DNA of 36,002 nucleotides from Perkinsus olseni (Eukaryota): NCBI GenBank assembly GCA_013115125.1, contig JABANN010000352.1, positions 1 to 36,002 of the forward strand, read 5' to 3'. Shown piece by piece: positions 24,901 to 34,643 of this stretch (position 1 is its first letter; each line of letters starts with the position of its first letter). The notes under the pieces were generated by a model. It saw only the letters and a program-made list of their open reading frames with translations, ran no database searches and was not told where the DNA came from. The position numbers and the translations under genes were made by a program.

Positions 24901-26179
24901 TTTCAGCCTTCTCGTCCCAGCGATTTTACATATTGTCAAAAATTTAATCATAAAAGATTTCATCCGTGAAGGATATTTCCAAAATTTTCCCACTCCCCGC
25001 CTTTTCAGCGTTTCAAAAACCCTTCGCGATAGATTCACGCACCGCCATGAAATTCCCCACCACGCATCCAATTTTCCCGCGCGCCACGAAATTATTACGA
25101 TGCTCCTTCGGCTGGCTCGTCCTGTCCTTGGCGCCGGGCACCAGGAGATCTCCGCTCAATGAGGGGAGGGGAGAATTAACCTGACCAAAAAAACCGCAAA
25201 AAAATTTCGTTTTTTTCTCTCCGCTAAAAAATCTAGAAGAATCCATCAAAATCTTCCGTCAATCAATCAGCAAACCACGTTAGCCGTAGTAGGAAATTGA
25301 AAACAGCGTCACACGCCACGAAATTATCCGCTTAGAAACGCCAGTCCCTCCTATGAACTGACGAGTAACCTTTTGACTAGTCCTATTGCTCAGTAGAATT
25401 CTTTTCCTTCATAAATTATTAGACCAACTTTTGCACGCACATAAGGCGATACGCTTACGCGTGCCTGCCAGTGATCTTTTCGGCTATCCAGAAAATTGCA
25501 AACGTCCTCAGTTCAGTCCAATGGGACCCACACGAGCGTTCTCATCCGAAAGGTCCCGGGTTCAACCCCCGCAAAATTAATGTTAGACCACCCTCGCCGT
25601 AATTTCGTGGCGCGTGACTTTTACATCCGCGAGCCATCCTAAGTTATACTCCTTGTCCTCTTTGTCTTTCACAACTGACCCAGCGGTGTCCAAAATTCCT
25701 GAAAAATTTTATGGAAAAAATTCGGAAAAAATCTCATTTTTCGACTCACCAGTTGCACAGATGACCTGATGTCCATCAATCGGCAAGGTAGAGAATCTGG
25801 AAAAGATATCTTTGCGCACAGCCAAGATTTTTGGAAGATTCTCGCGGTCAACCTCGAGTGAAATTGATTTATCGATCAGTGAATCAGACGGAAGGTGCAT
25901 CGGAGGCATCTTAAGGTCATGCTAGTAAGATACGGAATTTGTTGAGCGAACCATCCACGGCGATGATACACAAACGGCAGAAAAAATTTCCCGCGCGCCA
26001 CGAAATTATTACATCCTCGGAGGGCGGTATCCAGGATACCAATTATTATTTATTCCAAATCTCATTTCTTGGGCCAGGGACTCCGGGACCGGGGGTTCGT
26101 CGGACAAACTTGCTTCACTTGCGCCATCTTGGATTTCCTCAACGCCGGGGAGGGATCCTTCTTCTTCATCCGAGCTCAT
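16000..26179 (-). CDS. Large multi-exon protein: N-terminal phage-tail-fibre-like beta repeats + NCLDV/herpes-clade AEP (primase-polymerase) domain + acidic tail
   Basis: Exons join in phase from ~24740 to ~17350. The AEP part reads THSTLMGNKDAFSFSGKWRIPDD...YISEIQTPIFPFVEDIDF (DxD, ~20300), VYSASGYNKGKERWKSSFHLVWPDLIV (sxH, ~19750) and WENVFDQTTASAKNGLRMPFCNK (~19280). Probable start is MSSDEEEG at 26179 and the stop is TGA at 16000. Junctions near 16.5-17.3 kb and 25-26 kb are not fully resolved. Confidence 0.75.
18743..19030. repeat. 42-bp minisatellite (~7 copies) filling an intron of the AEP gene
   Basis: Unit CGTATCTTATTCACTCATGTAACGCCAGAGTCGACCTATCAG starts at 18743, 18785, 18824, 18866, 18908, 18950 and 18992 (one unit is 39 bp). 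Confidence 0.93.
20524..20837. repeat. Two blocks of four 27-bp units built on AATTTCGTGGCGCGCGAC
   Basis: Copies at 20524, 20551, 20578, 20605 and at 20739, 20766, 20793, 20820, all in one AEP-gene intron. Confidence 0.9.
21564..21728. repeat. 41-bp minisatellite (4 copies), intronic
   Basis: The core CCTAAGATACG recurs at 21594, 21635, 21676 and 21717. Confidence 0.9.
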
Positions 26180-27139
26180 CAGAGGAAGAAAAATAGACAC
26201 CCCCTGAAGTCGAGAGGTTGAAGCATGAACTTCACAAACCAAAAGATACCAAAAGATATCGGTATCTTAGGTCAACCTGCGGCCTACGAAACACTATCCA
26301 ACCAAAAACCTAAAAGATACTCAAAGATACTGCCGTTGCAAAGTTGACCGGAGGTTGACCTCAACGTGACATGAGTAGCGGTCGAAAGATGCCAATAATA
26401 TCTTTCAAGTTGTTCATGCCGAAACAAGTCGAAAGTTGAAGGTATCTTAAATTTCGCAGGGAGCCAGGGTCAACCTGGGATGCGTGGTAACACTGAGTAT
26501 CTTCAAGAAAATGGAAATTTACAAAGAATTTGCCGCAAAAAATTTCTGTCTAGTGCAGAGGGCAACAAATGTCAACAAGAGAACGATTGAGCCTGGGCTA
26601 TTCTGTATCTTCCCAGCATCGACCTTAGATTCCTCCCTGGCTGTATACGATCCCTCCACACTAAGTAGACAAAGAGCGAATATCCTCGTTCATAAGAACT
26701 TAGATTCGAAAAATATCTTAGGTTGACGTATCCATCTGAGCTATTCTGTATCTTGCCAGCATCGACCTAAGATTCACCTTATGACAGTATAGAACTCCGT
26801 AATAGAAAATGATTATCCGCACTCATCAGGGTCGAAGATTTAAAATATCTTTAGTACCCGTCCCAACCCAAAGATACGCCGAAAACAACGGTGAAGAATC
26901 TTAACACAACATTATACTCTGCGACAACATCTGTAAAATGCCAGCATCAACATAAGATATTCCCATAAATCAATTCCAACGACTCTCATCACAGGAGCTA
27001 TCACCCTTAGGCGATCCATACAACACCTTCCCCAACTCATAACATCAAACCACACCCTCATCCGAACTCCTCATCACCTTCGCGGGTCTAGCCTGCTTCC
27101 TTCCACCCGCTCCTTGCTCCGCTCTCTTCTTCTTTCTCC

Positions 27140-27650
27140 TTTCATAGAGCGGTCCCCATCTTCCTCAACGTCAAGTTAATAGTATCTTCACTTCGAACAC
27201 AGACCAGCGTAGTTGACAAAGATGCGTCGAGGAAGTCCTTCCCGAACGACCTACGGATTCGCATAAACTTAGCGCTTTCACCGTACCTAGTCTAAATACC
27301 CTCTGAAGTGTCCAACTCGTAATATCAAGGTTATCTATGGGTATACTCACCCTTCTATATCTTACAATATGGATATACCTTCAAAGAAGCTGGAAAAATC
27401 CTGGTCAAGTGAGCAACGGAATTGCAGCTTAGTACACGACCTGAAATATCTCGCCTTTTTTCATGCCCTAGGGAGGTTAAATTGAAAAGGTTGTAACCAA
27501 AATCGGAAATATCCACATCGAAATTCGTATTTTTTTCCACTCCATAATCGACGCCGGGCAGAGTCATTTTGTAATGGCCGGCGGAAGGCTTCGGAAGATG
27601 AGGAGAAGGGCGAGAATCAGAGGTTTGGTCACGGTGAATGTGTTGACCTG
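27140..27650 (-). pseudogene. Possible hypothetical or degenerate coding remnant
   Basis: Protein-like ORF (PSAGHYKMTLPGVDYGVEKNTNFDVDISDFGYNLFNL..., 27355-27672) plus a nearby open segment. No coherent spliced model could be built. Confidence 0.25.
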
Positions 27651-28417
27651 ATTTGTATCTTGCAAGCACCAACCCAAGATACCAACAACAACACCATGAG
27701 AGTTCGATTTTCGCGCAGCAAGCAAACGTTGCGGAAATGCAAGTCTTCTCAAGAGCGCAAGAATACTCCCCAATAAGCGCGCGCCACTAAACTCCGGTGG
27801 TCGTTCTCGCGTCAGAATCATCACAGGTCCTTGCTGTTGACGAACCTTTCCAACCTCCTGACCCGTCCGACCTTCTTCCTCAGACTCAAAGAATCCATTC
27901 TCTACTCTAGAATTCGTAAATTCTAGAAATTTAATTTTTAGTAGATATTGATGCTCTCCAGCTTCCCTTTCTGAGATGCCTCACATGACGCCTGAGACGC
28001 CTTCTTAGAAGGCGGTTGCCAGCTTCGTGAATTGGGTCAGATTGAAACTGTCCTTAATAACGAACAATACACGACTTAGTCTTCCTGCTCCGTCTCATCC
28101 TGTCTCCGTGAGCAGCTCTATCGAAATCTTTCGTGCTGTTTTTGGTAGGGGCGGCGAAATGTGTTGCGATTGGTGTGGTATTGAAGGAATATTTTGGTCT
28201 TTAATTCTAGTATTTTAGGTTGTTAATGTTTTATTAATGATTTTTTATCGAGAGAAGAGAGTTGGAATTGAAGCTGATATTTTGTAGATTCTATTTCGAT
28301 CAAAGATCGTATCTTTTGTATTACTACAATCGTTGGGGTTCCTGCTTGTGGGATGGGCGTATCTTAGGTCGGTCATAGGAGATCGCGGAGAGGTCGGATA
28401 TGTCATAACAAATCATT

Positions 28418-28476
28418 GAGGTGAATAGAACCGGGGACCTCTCGCTCCACAGAATGACGCCTTAACCTTCTCGCTA
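28418..28476 (-). pseudogene. Degenerate tRNA-like element just upstream of the striatin ATG
   Basis: The minus strand reads TAGCGAGAAGGTTAAGGCG (A-box-like) ... CGAGAGGTCCCCGGTTCTATTC (B-box-like). Confidence 0.5.
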
Positions 28477-28506
28477 TTTATTCGCAGTATTTTTGACTCG
28501 ACGGTA

Positions 28507-31500
28507 ATGACGATGGACGCCGCCGCCTCCGCCAGCCGCCGTCCGGAGTTGAGCGAAGGAAGGAAGTCCATGGCCGACGCTGCAGCCCTGCTGATCGAGA
28601 GGGTACTACTGGAGCCTGGAAAATCTTCGCTGTGCGTGCAGGGGCGTATCTTTCAGGTCGTTAGAGACCTTCAGGATCTCAAAAGATACTTGGCAAGGGA
28701 CCAGGCTGAGGCGGAATTAGAACGGTAGTTCCGTCACGCGCCACGAAATTGTCCTGAAAATTGTGGAACTCTAATCGGGCATACCCGAGGCGGGGGGTGG
28801 ACGGGACTCACTCGAGGATGGGATACTATGATGTTTTGACGTCGTTGAGCTCTCGCGAAGGACTTGCCTTGCGCTGTAATTTAGGGCCGAAGTTGATAGC
28901 GAGAGTAGCTGAAAAGGGGAAAATTGCGTGCGGGAATTAAGATTGATATAGTGAATTTTGCATCAGAATTGGAATCTTTTTTTCTGTGTTGCCCCCGCTT
29001 CAACCTAAGATTCTCATAGTATGCACCGCTCGGTTTTTTATCACGGAGGAATTTGTTTGTTACAAGATTCGAACTGGTATCCTGGATCAGAATCAATGAA
29101 CTTTATCCGTATATTCCCCGCTTCGACCTAAGATTCTCACCGCTCGAAAACTTCCATTTCACACAGGTTCGAGTTGGTGGAAAAATGCCGGAAGGCGGAG
29201 TTAGAAGCGGAAGCTCAGGAAGGGAAGGCCCGGGATTACCTCAGGCGGATCAGCATGCTCGAGTTTGCGTTGAAGCGAGAGAGGGCAACAGTAGAGGCCC
29301 TCCAAAGAAGCGGTAGTTGGGTGAGGAGCGGTATGGAAAAATGGAATTATTGGTGTCATGGTAGAGGTTGAATTTTACGAAAGTTGTTGATTCAAATTTG
29401 ATTTTTACCTACGTAAAATATGATAATATTTACGGTGAAAATTCGGCGACCCGGAAAGACCTGATTTTGCATCGTCGCTGCGCACTGTGAAGGTTAATTC
29501 AGATTTTTCTGACACCTAGTTGAAATTTTTTTTTCTCATAAAATTAATTTTGAGTATCCAAACTTTGATGTATAGTTGTGAGTGAATTCATAAATACTTC
29601 CAAGTGAGGAATTAACGAGGCTTGGCAATTTTGACTGGTGGAATGGGAATGAAAGCGATTTCTTATTTTTTGAAAAAATTCCTTCCGCGCGCTTTCGAAT
29701 GGTATGCTAAACTAGGGTTCGATCAACGTAGGCGTGGTGGTAAAATTTGGAAAAACGCAGAAAAAACACGGAAAAATTACAGAAAATGTTCCGCTGGCTT
29801 CGTTCGCTCTGAAATTTCTCAGGTTGGAAACGGTTTCACAATATTGGGGAGAAATTGAGGTCGCGAAGTTGGTGTAGTATTTGGATTTTTTTGATTGTAG
29901 TATTTTTTTTTATTTTTTATCACAGACGATGCGTATCTTAATTTTCGCGTGAGTCATGGGTCGACCTCTATTCTTTATAGTGCGTAAAGATATCTTTTAT
30001 GATTCTTCTGGGTAAATACTGTAGGTGCTCTTCCTCGCTATGATGCGTATCTTAGGTTGACCCGTGCATGGTATCTTTAGGTTGATTCAGGTGCTGAAGG
30101 CAGTCACGTAGCATCGAGTACTCCACCATTATCTGAGCGGAGCGAAGCACCTCAGAGCGTATCTTTTCCTCTTTCCCCGGCGGAAACTCTCCGAGCTCAG
30201 CTGGAGCTTTATGGCAGCGTATCTTCGAGTCAAAATCCTTCACCTGCTGGACAGTCGAGGCCTCAGTCTTGCAAGGCGATTTTGAGAGAGTAATAAATAA
30301 TTTCGTGGCGCGTGAAGAATTTCGTGGCGCGTGAAGAGATGATGTATGTATATTAGTAGATATAAAGTGATTATGCTTAATACCTTTGTATGTTAATGTA
30401 GCTATATAGTTTTGAGGGTAATTTCGTGGCGCGCGGGAAATTTTCGTAGGAAAATTATGATTTTTTTTGTGCCGCGCGAAATATATTCTCAATTCCCTGG
30501 AAGGTTGAGCGGTATTTGATAGAGTACAAATGATATGTCGAAATCGATTGAATGATCGATTTGGTGTTCAGTTACTTGCGGGAATCTTCTTTGAGTCCAA
30601 GCGGAGGTGACGTCGATGGGAATCGAACTCGTGCGGGGAATTCGTCGCGGGTTCCGAATCAAGGACGCTCACCTAAGGCGGGCAACACTTTAAAGAGGTG
30701 AGAAAAAATAAGTGGAAAATAGTGGATCATTCCGGGATTGAACCTGGGTCGTTCGGATGGAAAACGTGAGGGCCTCTCAGTCCGACTGCGCATCCGGCCA
30801 AGGCTCCCTCGTCTCCGTCATCCTGGATGGAAGCGGCGAGGTTCCCGACTAAGGAGAGTTTGCAGGGGGTAGTGTTATGGGGACTCGCAGCGCGAAGAAT
30901 ATCTTAGGTTGAAGCTAGCTCTTGGTAATGTGAGGTGTATAAAAATTTGCCGCCGGAAATGGTCGTGGCGTATCTTGAGGTTGATCTGGCAATACTCGTG
31001 GAGGTCGGATAGCAAGATTCGGGATGAAAAAAATTTTACGAATCTTTGTCGAGTTCGTGTGGTATGAATTATAGTTGTATTAGTAGGAATATCTTGAGGT
31101 CGGCCTTGGTTAAGTATCTTGAGGTCAATTTCGGTTGAGTATCTTGAGGTCGGCCTTGGTTAAGTATCTTGATGATGAGATGAGTATCTTCTCATCTTGT
31201 GGTTGACTCTATCATGAGCGTGTAACTCAAGAGTATCTTCAGCCGGTTATATATGCATGCGTATCTTAGGTTGACGCGTGCTCGTGGCGCGTGAAAAGAT
31301 ACGCCGTTTGATCTTTTAGGGCCCCTCAAGCCCACCATCACTGTCACCCACCGCGGCTCACCAACAATCGACTAAAAAGGCCTCTCCCCGGGATAGAACC
31401 TGTGCGGGTTTGGTGAGCAGGGCAGGGAAGGAGTGGCGTCCGGCTGTTCGGATGAATGCCCACTTGGGAGCGGTTAGATGCACGGTGATGGCGGATGAAG

Positions 31501-34386
31501 GGAAGACTTTGTTTACTGGTAGTGAGACACGGGCGTTTTTACGCGGGTTAAAACGTCCGAGTGGATCTTGGCACCTCGTGTTCGGATGGCGCGTGGGATC
31601 GGCAAGTGCTCTTGTGATCAACACTTTGACTGCAGAGTATCCAAGGTTGAAGCGTGTGAGATACAGAATAGGACCGCATAATATCTTCAGACAGTTGGAG
31701 TTTTATAACTCTGTCAGGCTCGGAAGATACGCTCATCAAAGTTTGGAATCTACCACCGATGTCCAGCAGTGAGGAATCGCCCTCAGCGCCAGGTGCGTTG
31801 AGGAAATGCAAGAGTTAGCAAGATTGCAAGATTCTCCCTCCCCAGGCGAATCCCTTGAAGGCCCCCTTTGTCTGAGGGGAGGTACTTCCGCTGTTTTATC
31901 GATGGCCTTCCGTGAGGACGATCGCACCCTCGTCGCGGGTCGGGCGGACGGAGTGGTAGGAGAGCCGGAAATTTCCGTATTTTTTCTGAAATTTTGGCGA
32001 GAAAGATCCTAGTTACTTTAACGTGATTATGAAAGCATTGATGATTAATTTTTTAATTCGGAATTTTTTGTGCAGTTTTGTGGGGATTAGACTACCGCTC
32101 AGTTCGTTCGGACCTCCTTTGTTCTTCCATTGGTGTCGTTGAGGTCTTGTTTGATACATCATTGGGATGGGGGTACTTTCATCGACCTCGTGGCGCAATA
32201 GAAGCGCGTCGGTTTCCGGAGCCGAAGGTTGCGGGTCCAAGTCCCGCCGGGGTTATTTTTTCTCCCGTAAATTCTGTTGTCCTCTTTCTTATCTGATGTC
32301 ACATCACCATAAGATGACATAGTACCATCGAAGAGTATATTTATTAATTTTGTAACTCATCTTCGAGGATGACATAAAGCTGAACTTATAAAACCGCTGG
32401 CGACTTCTCAGCGATCTCTGAAGGTCCTCAAAAAAGATAATAACAGTCCCCTCTGAAAGCTCTGAACTCGTAGTCGGAATCACAAATTTTGAATAATGGT
32501 CCGGTAGAAGTACTCAAACAGGACCAATTCTGAGGAGTTCGCTTTCGTGTCTCGTAAGATTTTCTTTTTTGTATAAATTGTATCGTCATGCGCAGCTTCG
32601 CTCCGCCCGCAGGTTTCAATGTACCGACTGCCGCCGCGGGATGCCGAGCTGTCTCCTTTGTCACCGCGCCGCGAAATTGCGGCAGTTGTGAGGTCGGAGG
32701 AAGTGTGTCGACATGAAGACGCGGTTTGGTCTGTCCGGCTAGGGAGGCCTGAGGACTGGTAAGAGAAGATATTTCGTAAATTTTTGGTCAATTTTCCACA
32801 AATTTTCCGTAAATTTTCGGTAAATTTACCGTGATTTTTGATAAATCTTCCGAAATTTTCAGGCAATTTCATTGGATTGGGAAAGTCTGTCGTGGGATGT
32901 TTGCTGGGGCGTAGAAAATTTCAGCGGAGCGAAGTTTTTTCCCTCTGCTTTTTTCAGTCTGCTGGCGACCGGGAGCAGCGATGGAACGGCATGTGTGTGG
33001 AAGGTGGCCGGGCCGAATTCGGGTGATAATCTTGTAGATTCTTTTGGGGTATCTTGAGGTTGAGCATGCATCAGATACGGCGGAAGATACCCCATTCCTG
33101 CAGCTTTTGGCGCAGCGGTTTAAGCTGGTTGAGGAGGGAAAGACCATAGATCCGAGCGCGCTTTGTTGGTAATACATCCCCGCGGGAAATTTCGCGCGCC
33201 ACGAAATTGAAACCCGTCGGAAAATGAGAATTATTTAACGGTACCGTGTAGTGTGAATCGATCACGTGATCGATTTCAGGCATCCCTTCGATATGAGCAG
33301 CAAGCTCGTCATCGGGTACACCGATGGTAGTGTGGCCTGCGTGGACGTCCACAGCGGGAAGTTCATCAGTCGCACGGCCGGGGTGGAATCCGGAGCTTCG
33401 ATAACAACGTTGGAGGCGGCAAGCGGAGCGAAGTGTGGTAGGTTTGGTCTTTTTTGAGGTTTTAGCGGAGCGAAGCAATTTATTTGTTCGAATAGAGAAA
33501 GTTTTTTAGTGAGAATTTGTGCTACAAATTTTGTAGCAGTGTGGCGGCCGTTAGCGGAGCGAAGCAGTTCTTCTTTGCATTTTTTGCGATCTGTCCACTG
33601 GTAACGGCCAGAATATTTTCAGCGGAGCGAAGCGATTCTTGTTTTTTTCAGTTTTCGCAGGATTTTCGGACGGCAGCATTAAAGCGATCGATGTTGAAGC
33701 GAATGTGGTTGCGGGTGGCGGAAATGGCGGGACGACTGCGCTGACGGGTTTAGCGGCGGAAAAATGGGAAGTCACGACGAGCTCACTGGACGGGTTTGTG
33801 AGGTGATAATAAAATGGAGGGCCTGGGAGTTGAACCGGGGACCTTTGGGTGGGAGGGTAATTTGACGAAGTTCATGAGCGATGGGAAGATATTGGTTAAT
33901 ACGGCGGTGGGATATTTTCGGTTGGAAGAATTATAGAATTTGCGAGAATTTTCGGAAAAACTGCAAAAATTTTTGGTATCATTTTCTACTTGAAAAACGG
34001 GTACTGGTATCTTTCTCTCAAGCGTGCACATCACGGAGAGGTCGACTTTGATGGAGGTCGTCAGATTCTGGGATATGCGTCGATCATTGAGGTCGAGCAG
34101 TGAGAGTTTGAGCATGGAGTCCATGGGCGAAAAGAAAGATACTCTGGAGGCCCCGCGGCAGAGCATCCGACTGCGTAAGGGAGGTCTCGGGTTCGATTCC
34201 TTCATCCGCCATTTTAGCGTATCTTTATACTCTGTATCGAGCTCGAATGGAAGCGTATCTTTCTCCCCAGGTGAATTTGACCATCCTTCTTCGGACTCTG
34301 CCCTCCTGTCACTTCACAGAGTTTCCAATTTCGTGGCGGTCGGCGGCTACGATGGCCGAGTGGATCTGCTCACTCCGAAGATATGA
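28507..34386 (+). CDS. STRN: Striatin-like protein (N-terminal coiled coil + C-terminal WD40 repeats)
   Basis: RDYLRRISMLEFALKRERA (striatin coiled-coil signature, ~29230-29285), KAILRDYLRE, and WD40 units MNAHLGAVR...SEDTLIKVWNL, HEDAVWSV...LATGSSDGTACVWK, SSLDGFVRFWDMR, VAVGGYDGRVDLL. Stop is TGA at 34384-34386. Confidence 0.85.
31088..31172. repeat. 25-bp minisatellite (~3.5 copies), intronic
   Basis: ATCTTGAGGTC recurs at 31091, 31116 and 31141, with a partial copy at 31166. Confidence 0.85.
32184..32255 (+). tRNA. tRNA-Arg(CCG)-like gene or pseudo-tRNA inside a striatin intron
   Basis: 72-nt cloverleaf: acceptor GACCTCG/CGGGGTT, D stem GCGC/GCGC, anticodon stem TCGGT/GCCGA with loop TT-CCG-GA, T stem GCGGG/CCCGC. 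The D loop (AATAGAA) lacks GG and the T loop (TCCAAGT) lacks TTC. Confidence 0.7.
32256..32261 (+). terminator. Pol III-type oligo-T terminator
   Basis: T6 immediately after the discriminator base of the tRNA-like gene. Confidence 0.6.
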
Positions 34387-34643
34387 ACACAGTGAGAATC
34401 TTGCAATCTTGCTCAATCTTACAATTCCTCAACGCTGTAGTGGTGTTAGGTTATTTAATTTCGTGGCGCAGTGACGCTTCCAGATGCCATATGTGGGGTA
34501 ATACAGTTTCATGGCTCATCGCGAGTGTTTAATTGGTTGCCATGGGAAATCTTGCAATCTTGCGTTTCCTCAACGCGGTGTGGCAGTGGGCTATCTCGGA
34601 ATCTTGCAATCTTGCTTTTCCTCAACAGCCATTACCTTTTCGT

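Noticed and set aside
16000-26179. The AEP gene as part of an endogenous giant-virus or phage insertion
   Set aside because: It has dozens of host-style introns with host motifs and sits among housekeeping genes; no capsid, integrase or intronless viral gene cluster is visible.
32361-32423. Possible box C/D snoRNA downstream of the tRNA-like gene (AGGATGA...CTGA...CTGA)
   Set aside because: The C box is non-canonical, the terminal stem overlaps the D box, and no guide target could be verified. A snoscan or Infernal search would be needed.
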